In this document: positions 8,859 to 22,906 of the stretch, in pieces
Layout: the number at the start of each line of letters is the position of its first letter
Position numbering within the stretch: position 1 is the stretch's first letter
Source: Oligoflexia bacterium
GTDB lineage: Bacteria; Bdellovibrionota; UBA1018
Assembly: GCA_963758495.1 (NCBI GenBank)
Contig: CAVWVI010000001.1
Span: 1-64,000, forward strand
DNA length: 64,000 bases
Direction: 5' to 3'
Notes under the pieces: model-generated
What the model saw: the letters and a program-made list of their open reading frames with translations, nothing else
What the model was told of the DNA's origin: nothing
Database searches by the model: none
Made by a program: the position numbers and the translations under genes

Positions 8859-9953
8859 GTGAAGAAAATAATAGTCATATTATTATGTATTTATTTTAAA
8901 ATAAATTACGCCTATTCGTCCGAATTTATAGACGAAATAGAAAAAGATTACTCATTACTTTCTATTGGGAATTTGAGTGTGACAAACACCAAAGGTGATA
9001 TTCACATTGAAGGTAAAGCTATAGATAAGATTAAAATCAAAATTAGAAAAACGGCAATTGCTGAGAATTCGGAAGCAGCGAAAAAGCTATTTGAATTAGC
9101 TGATTTCCGCTACCAGGCGTCTGGAGGCGGTAATATAGAGATATCTAGTCAATATAATAAAGAATTGAGTATCGAAGAGCGATTGCATGAAGGCGAAAAT
9201 ACGAAAATTCATTCTGATATCTACATCTCTGCTCCAGCAAAGTTAAAATTAAAAGTTTGGTCCATTAATGGAAAAGTAATTCTAAAGAATTGGCACTCTG
9301 GAATTTCCATTCGCTCAAATAGTGGAACGCTACAATTAGAAAACTTAAAGGCCGATGAAGTTTCGATCCTTTGCTCTTCTTGCGCAGCTGATTTAAAGAA
9401 TATAAATGCATCGATTCGGTGTATGGCTGGAGCTGGGCAAATAAAATTAAATAATGTGAGTGGGAAAAATATTTATATAGAGACAAGTTCTGGTCCGATT
9501 CATCTTTTAAATGTTCAAGGTGGACAGCTCTATATTTCAAAATCAGGACCTATAGAAGGACAAGTATTAAATGGAAAAATTGAATTTCGTGCCCAAGAAT
9601 CATCAGTCCTACTTCGTGAGGTTTCGGGCTCCTTAAGCGGAGCGGTAAAAACAGGAGACATTACGGCTACAGTTAAAAATTGGGTTTTCACAGACAAAGC
9701 ATTAATTGAATCCCTTAAGGGTGACATCCGTCTTACTCTGCCTAAAGTCTTCTCTGGGGACATAGACGTTTGGAGCATTCATGGCCAGGCTAGCGTAGAT
9801 TTCCCAACCACGAGCATCCAAGAATCGCCCAATTCTTCCAATTCCGCAGCAAGTAACCTCAATCATATCGTTGGAACTGTAAAAGACGGCGGAGAACTTT
9901 TAAAAATATTTACTACAGACGGTAATATCCATGTTTTTAAAGGGAAATTATAG
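8859..9953 (+). CDS. Exported DUF4097-type beta-strand repeat protein
   Basis: GGAGG RBS and GTG start, signal peptide, repeated xTxxGxI beta motifs. Confidence 0.8.
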   Translation: MKKIIVILLCIYFKINYAYSSEFIDEIEKDYSLLSIGNLSVTNTKGDIHIEGKAIDKIKIKIRKTAIAENSEAAKKLFELADFRYQASGGGNIEISSQYNKELSIEERLHEGENTKIHSDIYISAPAKLKLKVWSINGKVILKNWHSGISIRSNSGTLQLENLKADEVSILCSSCAADLKNINASIRCMAGAGQIKLNNVSGKNIYIETSSGPIHLLNVQGGQLYISKSGPIEGQVLNGKIEFRAQESSVLLREVSGSLSGAVKTGDITATVKNWVFTDKALIESLKGDIRLTLPKVFSGDIDVWSIHGQASVDFPTTSIQESPNSSNSAASNLNHIVGTVKDGGELLKIFTTDGNIHVFKGKL

Positions 9954-9991
9954 GGTGTTCATTTTTTTTGATCTTTTTTTAAAAAAACCTA

Positions 9992-10116
9992 TTGCCAAGT
10001 AAACGAAATAGCGATAGACCCAGTTTCACTCTGAACGCGAGTGACTCTGACGAAAAAACGAAGCAGTGAGCTTTGGCTTTCTGTTTTTGATTTTAGATGA
10101 GATAGATCTTTGACAA
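9992..10116 (+). promoter_or_regulatory. Putative rrn promoter and boxA
   Basis: TTGCCA-17-TAGACC with upstream T/A tracts. boxA-like GATCTTTGACAA at 10105-10116 recurs in the ITS at 12272-12283. Confidence 0.55.
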
Positions 10117-10382
10117 GATGTGATGAATTTTTTGAAAGAGAAAGTGGGGGCGAGTAGGCAGGCAGCTCTATCCTGATCGGCAAGCGTAAGCGAGCGGATT
10201 AGCAAGATAGGGTGATGTCGAAAACTCCGAATCAATATCTTTGAAGCAAATAATAACTTACGAGCGCGTAATGCTTAGGCATTATATATAGAGAAATTGA
10301 GTCGAAGGATTAAAAACTGTTTGATTTTAACTAGGACCTACGCTGAGGAAACGAGGCGTAAGAGACCTAGTCACAAAAAGTA

Positions 10383-11944
<1,562 letters not shown>

Positions 11945-12111
11945 ACATTTCTCACGCAAGTGACGAAACATTCCGGTCAAGTCTCATTTACTTTTTGGAA
12001 GTTTTAGGATGACCAAAAATTTTATTGAGATTTAAAGTCCTCTCTTCTCCATTTTCTCTTTCAAGCGATTCACCACATCAGTTTTAATTAGCAATCTGGC
12101 TGCGATCCAGC

Positions 12112-12188
<77 letters not shown>

Positions 12189-12687
12189 AGATTGTTAAGA
12201 ATGATAAGTTTAGCCAAGGAAGTAATTCTTTGGGTCACGGGCAGTGGATTTATCCAGGGTCAGTGATGAGGGATCTTTGACAACAGAATAGTACAGTTAA
12301 AATAAAGTGTGATGAATGGATTAGACTTTTTAACGAAAGTTTATGAAGTGGCATCACGCTCTCATGAATAAGAAAATGCTGAAGGAGCTTTTTATGGAAG
12401 TTAAATTTCATAAGAAGTTAAAATGTATACTGATAGAAGGAAGTCGAAGGAAAGCTTTTTATTTTTTAAAAGGAATAGGAAGAGTTCACGAGATGGATGG
12501 AAATCAGGAACACGAACAAAATATCTGAACAAAGAAACGAGCGAACCGAATAGATGGATTCGAGACGACTTTGAACTGAAAAATCTGAATGGAGCGAAAG
12601 TGAAGTGAGGAGATTTCAGAGATCTGCGAATAGGCGAAGAGTAGAAAAAGTGAGCTAGGCAACTAGGTCATTGATTCAAGCTAGAAA

Positions 12688-15678
<2,991 letters not shown>

Positions 15679-15858
15679 ATTTTTAATAAAATACCTGTAA
15701 AGGTATCGAGTTAAAATGAATTCTGATGCGAAAATCAAAGAGTTAAATCTCTTTTTTTATTCTTCCCTATTCTCAGGTTTCTGAGAAGGGACTCAGCCTT
15801 TGTCTAAAAACAGTTTTAACTGTGCTTCATTCTGTCGCACAGAGATCTCTCCCAAGTT

Positions 15859-15976
15859 TGGGGGTGTCTATAGCGGCGGGGTTACACCTGATCCCATCCC
15901 GAACTCAGAAGTTAAGCCTGCCCGCGGCGAAACTAGTACCGAGGTAGCTCGGCGCTAACATAGCTCGATGCCCCCA
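15859..15976 (+). rRNA. rrf: 5S rRNA
   Basis: CACCTGATCCCATCCCGAACTCAGAAGTTAAGC core, terminal helix TGGGGGTGTC/GATGCCCCCA, then a T-tract. Confidence 0.95.
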
Positions 15977-16098
15977 TTTTTTTTATTTCTTTTGAATCTT
16001 ATTTTTTTATCTAAAAATCCTAATTCCAATGTAATTTAATAATTGAATTGAGCGCTTTTTCTAGCCGCTCTAATAATCGTCCTGTAATCTAAAATTGA

Positions 16099-17133
16099 AT
16101 GACTTCAAAACGATTGATTCTGAGATTAAGTAGTCTTGGCGATGTGATATTAGCAACCTCGGCGCTTGAAGCCATACAGGCTTCACAATCTACTGAACAA
16201 TCTACCGACTGGGTTATTTCTAAAGATTATTCTGAACTCCTTCGAAACCATCCAAAAATAAATCAACTTCTAGAATTTGATCGCTCCTTAGGATTGAAAG
16301 GCTGGATTCGCTTTTGTAGGACCCTTTGGGAATCTCAATACAATGAAATCTATGACCTTCATGGAAGTCTACGGACAAAAGTGATGAAAATCCTTTTTAG
16401 AGGTTGGAGTCTCACTGAGGGACGCCATTTTCCAAAGTGGAAATCAATCTCAAAGGGTAGGTTGAGACTCTATTGTTATTTTTTATTGAAAGGACTTTGG
16501 CCTAAGAGTTTACGTCCAACTCCTTGGGTGGTTAAGTTTTCAAGGAGAGTAGGAGGTACTGGACGTGAGAAACCCGACCTGACTCATTTAATTCAAAATC
16601 AAACATTACCTCCCGAACTCATTGATGCCTCGAAGAATACGGAGGGAAAGTACCTCTGTGTGATGCCGAGTTCTCGCTGGGACGGCAAGAAATGGCCTGT
16701 TGAAAATTATTTACAAGTTTTAAAAAAATTTCCCTACCTTCCAGTCATTCTTGGAAGCAAGAGTGATAAAGAAAGTATTCATCTCGTAGAAAAGCTTCAA
16801 CGTCTAGGGATTCCTTACTTTTCAGGTGTCGGGAAATGGGGCTTGACTCAGACAGCATCTATTTTGAAAAACTCAGTGGGATATCTGGGTGGAGATACCG
16901 GTCTTGCACACTTAGCGGAATCAGTAGGAGCCTCTGCAACGGTGATTTTCGGTCCCACTCAACCGGATATGGGTTTTGGTCCTTGGAGAAAGAACAGTCG
17001 CTCTATAGGAATGTCTCTCTGGTGTCGACCTTGTGGGAAAGATGGGCGATCCTGTTTCCGTATCAAACAACGGCATCTTTGTTTAAAAGCGCTTTCGGCA
17101 GAAACTGTACTTAAAAACTTAGGTGACCTTTGA
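16099..17133 (+). CDS. GT9 ADP-heptose:LPS heptosyltransferase (WaaF/WaaQ-like)
   Basis: ILRLSSLGDVI, DLHGSLRT, KKWP, GGDTGLAHLA, IFGPT. Confidence 0.92.
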   Translation: MTSKRLILRLSSLGDVILATSALEAIQASQSTEQSTDWVISKDYSELLRNHPKINQLLEFDRSLGLKGWIRFCRTLWESQYNEIYDLHGSLRTKVMKILFRGWSLTEGRHFPKWKSISKGRLRLYCYFLLKGLWPKSLRPTPWVVKFSRRVGGTGREKPDLTHLIQNQTLPPELIDASKNTEGKYLCVMPSSRWDGKKWPVENYLQVLKKFPYLPVILGSKSDKESIHLVEKLQRLGIPYFSGVGKWGLTQTASILKNSVGYLGGDTGLAHLAESVGASATVIFGPTQPDMGFGPWRKNSRSIGMSLWCRPCGKDGRSCFRIKQRHLCLKALSAETVLKNLGDL

Positions 17134-18479
17134 ATCTAGGATTTATATATTTTTTAAAAACCAGTTATAGATGGATTCAAGCTAAAGTGATTCGAGTTTA
17201 TCTGTTGCCCTTTTTCTTTTCTAAAAAGAGAATTTCTGACTCTAATAAAAATGCCCTCAATCGAGTGAGTCTTTCTATCCATAGCAAAAGCCGAATCTGG
17301 TTCCACGCGGCTAGTGTCGGAGAATTAGAATCTCTCTGGCCTCTGATTGTTTCTTGCTCTGAACTTAAACATGAGCTGATTTTAACAGTCTTCAGTGAAT
17401 CCGCTTTTGCTTCCTTAGCTCGTCTTCAAGAATCTATAAAGACTGAAAAATCTAAAGGGAATGGGGTTATCTTGTTTTCTGGTTACTCTCCCTGGGAAGG
17501 AGAATGGACTACCGCTCTCAGAAAAATGAGACCTTCCTTATTTGTCACTGCTAAGTATGAGGCTTGGCCAGATCTTTGGATGTCACTCAAGGAAGAAAAG
17601 GTGCCTTTAGCTATAGTCTCCGCACGCGCCCGGAAATCTTTGCGTATTGCTAAATGGTTTTGCGATCTCCTGGTGAAAGGTCCACCTCGGTTGATTTTAT
17701 TTTCTTGTGTGGAATCAGAAGCTCAAGGGCTTCGAAAGCTTTTCCCCGACACCCTCAATGTGATGATTCATGTTGTAGGAGAGCCCCGATGGGATCGGGT
17801 TTATTCACGTGCTCAAATCGGAAATCCCAGGGCAAGAGAAGTGATTCAAATTTTTAAGGACTTTCCAAAACCTTGGGGAGTCATCGGTAGTGCCTGGGTA
17901 GAAGATATGAAGTTCTTGGGTTCAGCCTTAGGTCGATTGAGGGGCACGCTTTGGGTAGTTCCCCATAAAGTAGATGATGAAAACACGAAGACCATTGAGA
18001 AAATTTTGATGGATCAAGGTTTGAAACCGATTAGAACGTATGGGGCCAAGGAGTGGGGAGATCAACAGAAGCAAACCCATCAACATACTCATTTGGCTTG
18101 CGTTCTTGTGGATGAACTTGGTTTTTTATCTGAATTGTACTCAGTAGCCGATTGGACTTTTATAGGGGGTGGCTTTGGTGCTGGAATTCACAGTACAATT
18201 GAACCCGCAATTCATGGAATACCGATTGGGGTTGGACCTAGAGGTGTAGAAAAATTCAATGAGGTAGAAGAACTCATCTCTACAGGCCAATTAAACATCC
18301 TTCGTACTCAGAAAGATCGGGAGAAGTGGATTGAGTCCCTAGAGTATCAACCAGATGGTAGACCAAGTAATAAACCAAGTAGTAAAATAGACGATAAAAA
18401 AACCACATGGAAGCAGGATGCTCGGTCTCGACTCGGGGCTTCTCAAAAAATTCTCACAATTCTCGAGAAATTTATATGA
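17130..18479 (+). CDS. waaA: Kdo transferase (GT30)
   Basis: IWFHAASVGE, GEPRWD, GGGFG..HSTIEPA. Confidence 0.9.
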   Translation: MNLGFIYFLKTSYRWIQAKVIRVYLLPFFFSKKRISDSNKNALNRVSLSIHSKSRIWFHAASVGELESLWPLIVSCSELKHELILTVFSESAFASLARLQESIKTEKSKGNGVILFSGYSPWEGEWTTALRKMRPSLFVTAKYEAWPDLWMSLKEEKVPLAIVSARARKSLRIAKWFCDLLVKGPPRLILFSCVESEAQGLRKLFPDTLNVMIHVVGEPRWDRVYSRAQIGNPRAREVIQIFKDFPKPWGVIGSAWVEDMKFLGSALGRLRGTLWVVPHKVDDENTKTIEKILMDQGLKPIRTYGAKEWGDQQKQTHQHTHLACVLVDELGFLSELYSVADWTFIGGGFGAGIHSTIEPAIHGIPIGVGPRGVEKFNEVEELISTGQLNILRTQKDREKWIESLEYQPDGRPSNKPSSKIDDKKTTWKQDARSRLGASQKILTILEKFI

Positions 18480-18537
18480 GCATGGTAATCTTTTTAAAAG
18501 ATGACTTTTAATTCATTCACTCTCAGTAAGGATTCAA

Positions 18538-20154
18538 GTGCGTTTACGTGAAAAGTACGACTGGATCGTCATGGGTAACCATCCAGGAGCACTTCTAAGT
18601 GCAGGTTTAGCTGCACGTTTAGGATTGTCGGTACTCATTGTTCCTCTTGCAGACCATTTAAAATTTACAATTTCTCATTCAGGACAGTATTTTGATCCAG
18701 AGTCGAATTATCTTTTGGGATTAAATAAGTCAGAAAAGGGCAACGGACTCATCTATGAGTGTCTGACTCGATTAGGAATCCAATCTGACGAAGAGGCTTT
18801 GACTCATCAGGGTACTCCTCAAGTATTGACTCCTGATTGTCGCCTTGTCCTCAGTGCAAATGAGAGTTTACAAGCAGAATTTGACCGCGAATTTGGGAAG
18901 CTCAATGAAGATCAGTTCGGGATAGTCTCTGCACTTAAATCTACAGAGTCTGCTTGTTTATCTTATTGGAATCAATTACCGAAAAGATTGACACTGAGTT
19001 CAAATCGAAAACCAAGCAGAATTGAACCCCTCACATTGGATGATTTACGACGTAATTTGACCAAAAACTTGAAATCCACCTTGGGTTCTATGTTATCGCC
19101 AACGATGAAAATTTCCCAAATTAAATCTATCTCGGGCACGATTCACCTGCATGAAGCCTGTTTAGGATTATGGCATTTATTAAGCGGTAATTTGGACGCT
19201 GACCCTTCCTTATTTGATTTCCTTCATATTTTAAATCTTTCAAGGACGGGTGGCTCTTATCAAGGGGGATTAACATCCTATAGAAATTTGTTAATGACTC
19301 TCTCGGGACGCCTGGGAGCTCATATCGTAACCGAGGATGAATGTCGTAGAATTTTTATTGAAAAAGGTCGTTTCCTAGGAATCCAAATTGGAAATCAAGG
19401 CAGTATGATCTCTTCCTTGGGGGGAGTGTTAGGGAGTTCCTTGGAAAAAGCTTATAACAGGATGACCGGTATTGAAAAGAATCGACTGGATCGAAATAAA
19501 AAAGGGATGAAGAACCTAGGTTGGAAGTTTTCATTGGCTCTGACCGTGCACAAAGAAGTGATTCCAAACGCAATGAAGTCGAGAGTGATATGGCAAGAGA
19601 AAGGCGCTCCGTCATTAGAAATTGAGGTAGTTGACCCAGAAAGTTATTGCATACATAAAGCTGAGAATAAAACCGAGAATAAAACTAAGAATGAAGCTGA
19701 GGATCGAATCTTATACGTCAGAACGAGGATGCCCTTTACAGAGGAAAGTTTGAAGAGCGATTTTCAGAGATTAATAGCCAGTAGGATGTTGAGGAAGACG
19801 ATTGAGATTTTGCCATTCTTGGAGTTTCATATAAAACGCATTTATCCAGATTTTAGGCCAGATATTAGATCAGATATTAGATCAGATATTAGATCAGATT
19901 CTCGCTCAGACTCTAAGTCCGATTCATCCAATGAACTTTCAGAGCTTTATAATTTTACCTCCTTGGATTCAATCCCAGATCATTTAATCTTCTATTCAGG
20001 TGATGGTGTGGGTTCGACTACGGGCATTGATCATCTTTTTGTCGCGTCAGATGAGTCTTATCCCCTGTTGGGAAGTTTAGGGGGTAGCATTGCAGGAATT
20101 GAAGCAGTGTCTTGGCTCGCTCATCGTTCGGGTTTTGCCGGCCCATTTCATTAA
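18538..20154 (+). CDS. FAD-dependent oxidoreductase-like protein (phytoene dehydrogenase-like, divergent)
   Basis: N-terminal YDWIVMG..PGAL.SA..AARLG Rossmann-like motif; C-terminal GIDHLFVA..YP.LG. Confidence 0.55.
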   Translation: MRLREKYDWIVMGNHPGALLSAGLAARLGLSVLIVPLADHLKFTISHSGQYFDPESNYLLGLNKSEKGNGLIYECLTRLGIQSDEEALTHQGTPQVLTPDCRLVLSANESLQAEFDREFGKLNEDQFGIVSALKSTESACLSYWNQLPKRLTLSSNRKPSRIEPLTLDDLRRNLTKNLKSTLGSMLSPTMKISQIKSISGTIHLHEACLGLWHLLSGNLDADPSLFDFLHILNLSRTGGSYQGGLTSYRNLLMTLSGRLGAHIVTEDECRRIFIEKGRFLGIQIGNQGSMISSLGGVLGSSLEKAYNRMTGIEKNRLDRNKKGMKNLGWKFSLALTVHKEVIPNAMKSRVIWQEKGAPSLEIEVVDPESYCIHKAENKTENKTKNEAEDRILYVRTRMPFTEESLKSDFQRLIASRMLRKTIEILPFLEFHIKRIYPDFRPDIRSDIRSDIRSDSRSDSKSDSSNELSELYNFTSLDSIPDHLIFYSGDGVGSTTGIDHLFVASDESYPLLGSLGGSIAGIEAVSWLAHRSGFAGPFH

Positions 20155-20167
20155 AAAGGTCATTTCA

Positions 20168-21166
20168 ATGATGAAAATTTTACTCTATCATCCTGTACTC
20201 TTGCCTCCAAAAGATTATGGTGGAACAGAGAGAGTCGTTCTCTGGCTCGCAAAAGGACTGATTGAAAGAGGACATCAAGTGTTTATCGCCGCACTGGAGG
20301 GAAGTCGCCTGCCCAAAGGCTGCGAGCATGTCGTAGTAGAAAAAAAAAATTACACATTAGAAAATCTTCAAGCTATTTTGCCCAAGAGTCTAGATGTCAT
20401 TCATTTTATGGCACCGATTGAGGAGAGGGTGTGGCATCAGTTGCCCTGTCCCGCACTCTTGACTGTTCATGGAAATGGAAAACCAGGAGAGACATTTCCA
20501 AAAAATACGGTGTTTCTCAGTAAAAATCATGCAGAGAGGCACCAGGGCAAGGTGTTTATTTACAATGGAATTGATCCCATCGAATATCAATATGCACCAG
20601 AGAACTTAAAATTGAAGGAAAGCTGGTATTTCTTCCTTTCAAAAACAAACTGGAGCGTGAAAAATTTAGCGGGTGCTATGCGATATTGTAAACAAGCAAA
20701 TGTTCCTCTGAAGATTGCGGGAGGACGGCGCCCCTATCTTCGGCGGCTTGAATGTTATTTGAGACCTTCTTTAGAGTGGATAGGACCTGTATCGGCAGAA
20801 AAAAAAGCAAACTACCTTGTGCGTGCAAAGGCTCTTATTTTTCCGGTCCTCTGGCCCGAGCCGTTTGGTTTAGTGGTAGCAGAAGCCTTGATGTCAGGGA
20901 CTCCGGTGATCGCTTCTCCTCGTGGAAGCTTGGAGGAAATCATCCCTCCGGAAGTAGGCATTTTACCTCGATCCGATGAGGAATGGGTAGAGACATTAAT
21001 GAAAAAAGATCTTTTATTGAATCCAGAGAGGTGCCGCCAATGGGCGCTTGAAAAATTTCACTACTCCCTCATGGCAGAAAATTACGAGAAAGTTTATCGA
21101 CAAGTAGGGGGTGGCGAGTTACTTCATGTGCAATCCCCCAGAGGTGGTGATAGGAGGACTGGATGA
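20168..21166 (+). CDS. GT4 glycosyltransferase
   Basis: PPKDYGGTERVV, IYNGID, EPFGLVVAEALMSGTPVIA. Confidence 0.92.
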   Translation: MMKILLYHPVLLPPKDYGGTERVVLWLAKGLIERGHQVFIAALEGSRLPKGCEHVVVEKKNYTLENLQAILPKSLDVIHFMAPIEERVWHQLPCPALLTVHGNGKPGETFPKNTVFLSKNHAERHQGKVFIYNGIDPIEYQYAPENLKLKESWYFFLSKTNWSVKNLAGAMRYCKQANVPLKIAGGRRPYLRRLECYLRPSLEWIGPVSAEKKANYLVRAKALIFPVLWPEPFGLVVAEALMSGTPVIASPRGSLEEIIPPEVGILPRSDEEWVETLMKKDLLLNPERCRQWALEKFHYSLMAENYEKVYRQVGGGELLHVQSPRGGDRRTG

Positions 21167-22512
21167 TTGTAAGGTATTCAAGGCCGGAGATGTCTCAAGT
21201 TTGGGATGATCGAAATAGATACTTAGTTTGGCTCAAGGTAGAGATGGCTGTATGCCGGGAATTGGCACATAACGGTCTTATCCCTAGAAAAGATTGGCTT
21301 GAGCTTCAAAAACAAGTCAATTTCCTCATTAAAAAAGGGGGCGTGAACCCAAAAAGAGTCATAGAACACGAAACGATCACTCGACATGATGTGATCGCAT
21401 TTACGACCTCTGTTGCAGAAGAGATCGGTCCTATTTCACGCTATATTCATTTTGGGCTCACTTCGTCAGACATTGTCGACACGAGCTTGTCCATCTTATT
21501 GCAGAATACGGGCGAAATTTTATTAGCTGACCTCGATTGCCTTTTAAAAACTTTAAAAAAATTGGCAGAAAAATATAAAAAAATTCCAACCATAGGTCGC
21601 TCTCATGGAATCTTTGCTGAGCCTACGAGCTTCGGCTTAAAGTTTTTAAGTTGGTTCTCTGAATGGGAAAGAAATAGAGCGCGACTCTTGGCATCTTTAG
21701 AAGGAATGAGAGTAGGAAAGCTATCTGGAGCAGTCGGAGTGAATCCACATTGGAATCCAGAATTTGAAGAAAAGGTTCTTAAAACCTTAAATTTAAAACG
21801 TGAAACCGTCAGCACCCAAGTGATTCCGAGAGATCGACACGCTGAATTTATGACTGTCTTAGCGATCCTTGGCTCTTCGTTAGAAAGAATTGCTATCGAA
21901 CTCAGACACTTGCAACGTTCGGAAGTCCGAGAAGTGATGGAAGGATTTCAAAAAGGCCAAAAGGGATCGAGTGCAATGCCTCATAAGAGGAATCCCATTT
22001 CATCCGAAAACATTACGGGCTGTGCGCGACTTCTGAGATCCTATTCCCAAGCGGCGCTAGAAAACGTAGCCCTGTGGCATGAACGAGATATTAGTCATTC
22101 TTCAGTCGAGAGAGTGATCTTTCCAGATGCGACTTTGATTTTAGATTATGCGTTGAATCGAATGGATCAAGTTCTCAACCAGCTTGTAGTCAATCCAGAC
22201 CAAATTCAAAATAATTTAAAACAAGCAGGCTCAAGCATGTTTTCAGGACATTATTTACTGGAGCTGGTAAAAGTAGGTGCGACGCGAGAGCAAGCTTATC
22301 AGTGGATTCAGGAATGTGCACTTTCTTCATTAGAAGGAAAAGGCGAGTTTGTGGACTTAATTTCAAAGCATCTTGAAATTAAACAACTATTAGACAATAA
22401 AACAATACGCAAACTAGGATCCATTCAGCATCAATTACGAAATGTCGATGAAATTTACAAAAAGGCACTCCGAAAACAAAAAACAAAATTAAAAACGAAG
22501 GGTCATTCGTGA
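21163..22512 (+). CDS. purB: Adenylosuccinate lyase
   Basis: TRHDVIAF, HFGLTSSD, GSSAMPHKRNP, WHERDISHSS. Confidence 0.97.
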   Translation: MIVRYSRPEMSQVWDDRNRYLVWLKVEMAVCRELAHNGLIPRKDWLELQKQVNFLIKKGGVNPKRVIEHETITRHDVIAFTTSVAEEIGPISRYIHFGLTSSDIVDTSLSILLQNTGEILLADLDCLLKTLKKLAEKYKKIPTIGRSHGIFAEPTSFGLKFLSWFSEWERNRARLLASLEGMRVGKLSGAVGVNPHWNPEFEEKVLKTLNLKRETVSTQVIPRDRHAEFMTVLAILGSSLERIAIELRHLQRSEVREVMEGFQKGQKGSSAMPHKRNPISSENITGCARLLRSYSQAALENVALWHERDISHSSVERVIFPDATLILDYALNRMDQVLNQLVVNPDQIQNNLKQAGSSMFSGHYLLELVKVGATREQAYQWIQECALSSLEGKGEFVDLISKHLEIKQLLDNKTIRKLGSIQHQLRNVDEIYKKALRKQKTKLKTKGHS

Positions 22513-22733
22513 TTCGCGGGATTCGACAAAAATGTCTGAACTTCCTCAGAGATGAAGAAGGGCAAGCTACGACAGAATATATTTTGATGCTTTCAATTGC
22601 CGTTATGATGGCGGTTATGGTGATGAAGAAACTGATTGGACCTGTCTATGCGAAGCTAGCAGGTGCAGTTTCAAATTCGCTTCAAAATAAACTTTTTAAC
22701 ACCAACTTACATGTGTTTAAAATTGGACAGTAA
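22509..22733 (+). CDS. Flp/Fap family type IVb pilin
   Basis: FLRDEEG/QATTEY prepilin cleavage motif followed by a hydrophobic helix. Confidence 0.85.
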   Translation: MIRGIRQKCLNFLRDEEGQATTEYILMLSIAVMMAVMVMKKLIGPVYAKLAGAVSNSLQNKLFNTNLHVFKIGQ

Positions 22734-22738
22734 GATAG

Positions 22739-22853
22739 CAGGGGCTCCCGGTAAAAAGATGTCGGGGCCGGGCTCCTGCCCTTTTCGCGCCGATTACGTC
22801 GGCTAGCGGCATCCATGCCGCGAAAACCCCTCACTTTTTACCGGGAGCCCCTG
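22739..22853. mobile_element. 115-bp MITE/REP-like element
   Basis: Perfect 20-bp terminal IR CAGGGGCTCCCGGTAAAAAG; GC-rich interior with the hairpin GCGGCATCCATGCCGC. Confidence 0.75.
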
Positions 22854-22906
22854 AACATGACTGCCATGACTTGACAAGCCTATTGAGGCGATTATACTTA
22901 TTATTT

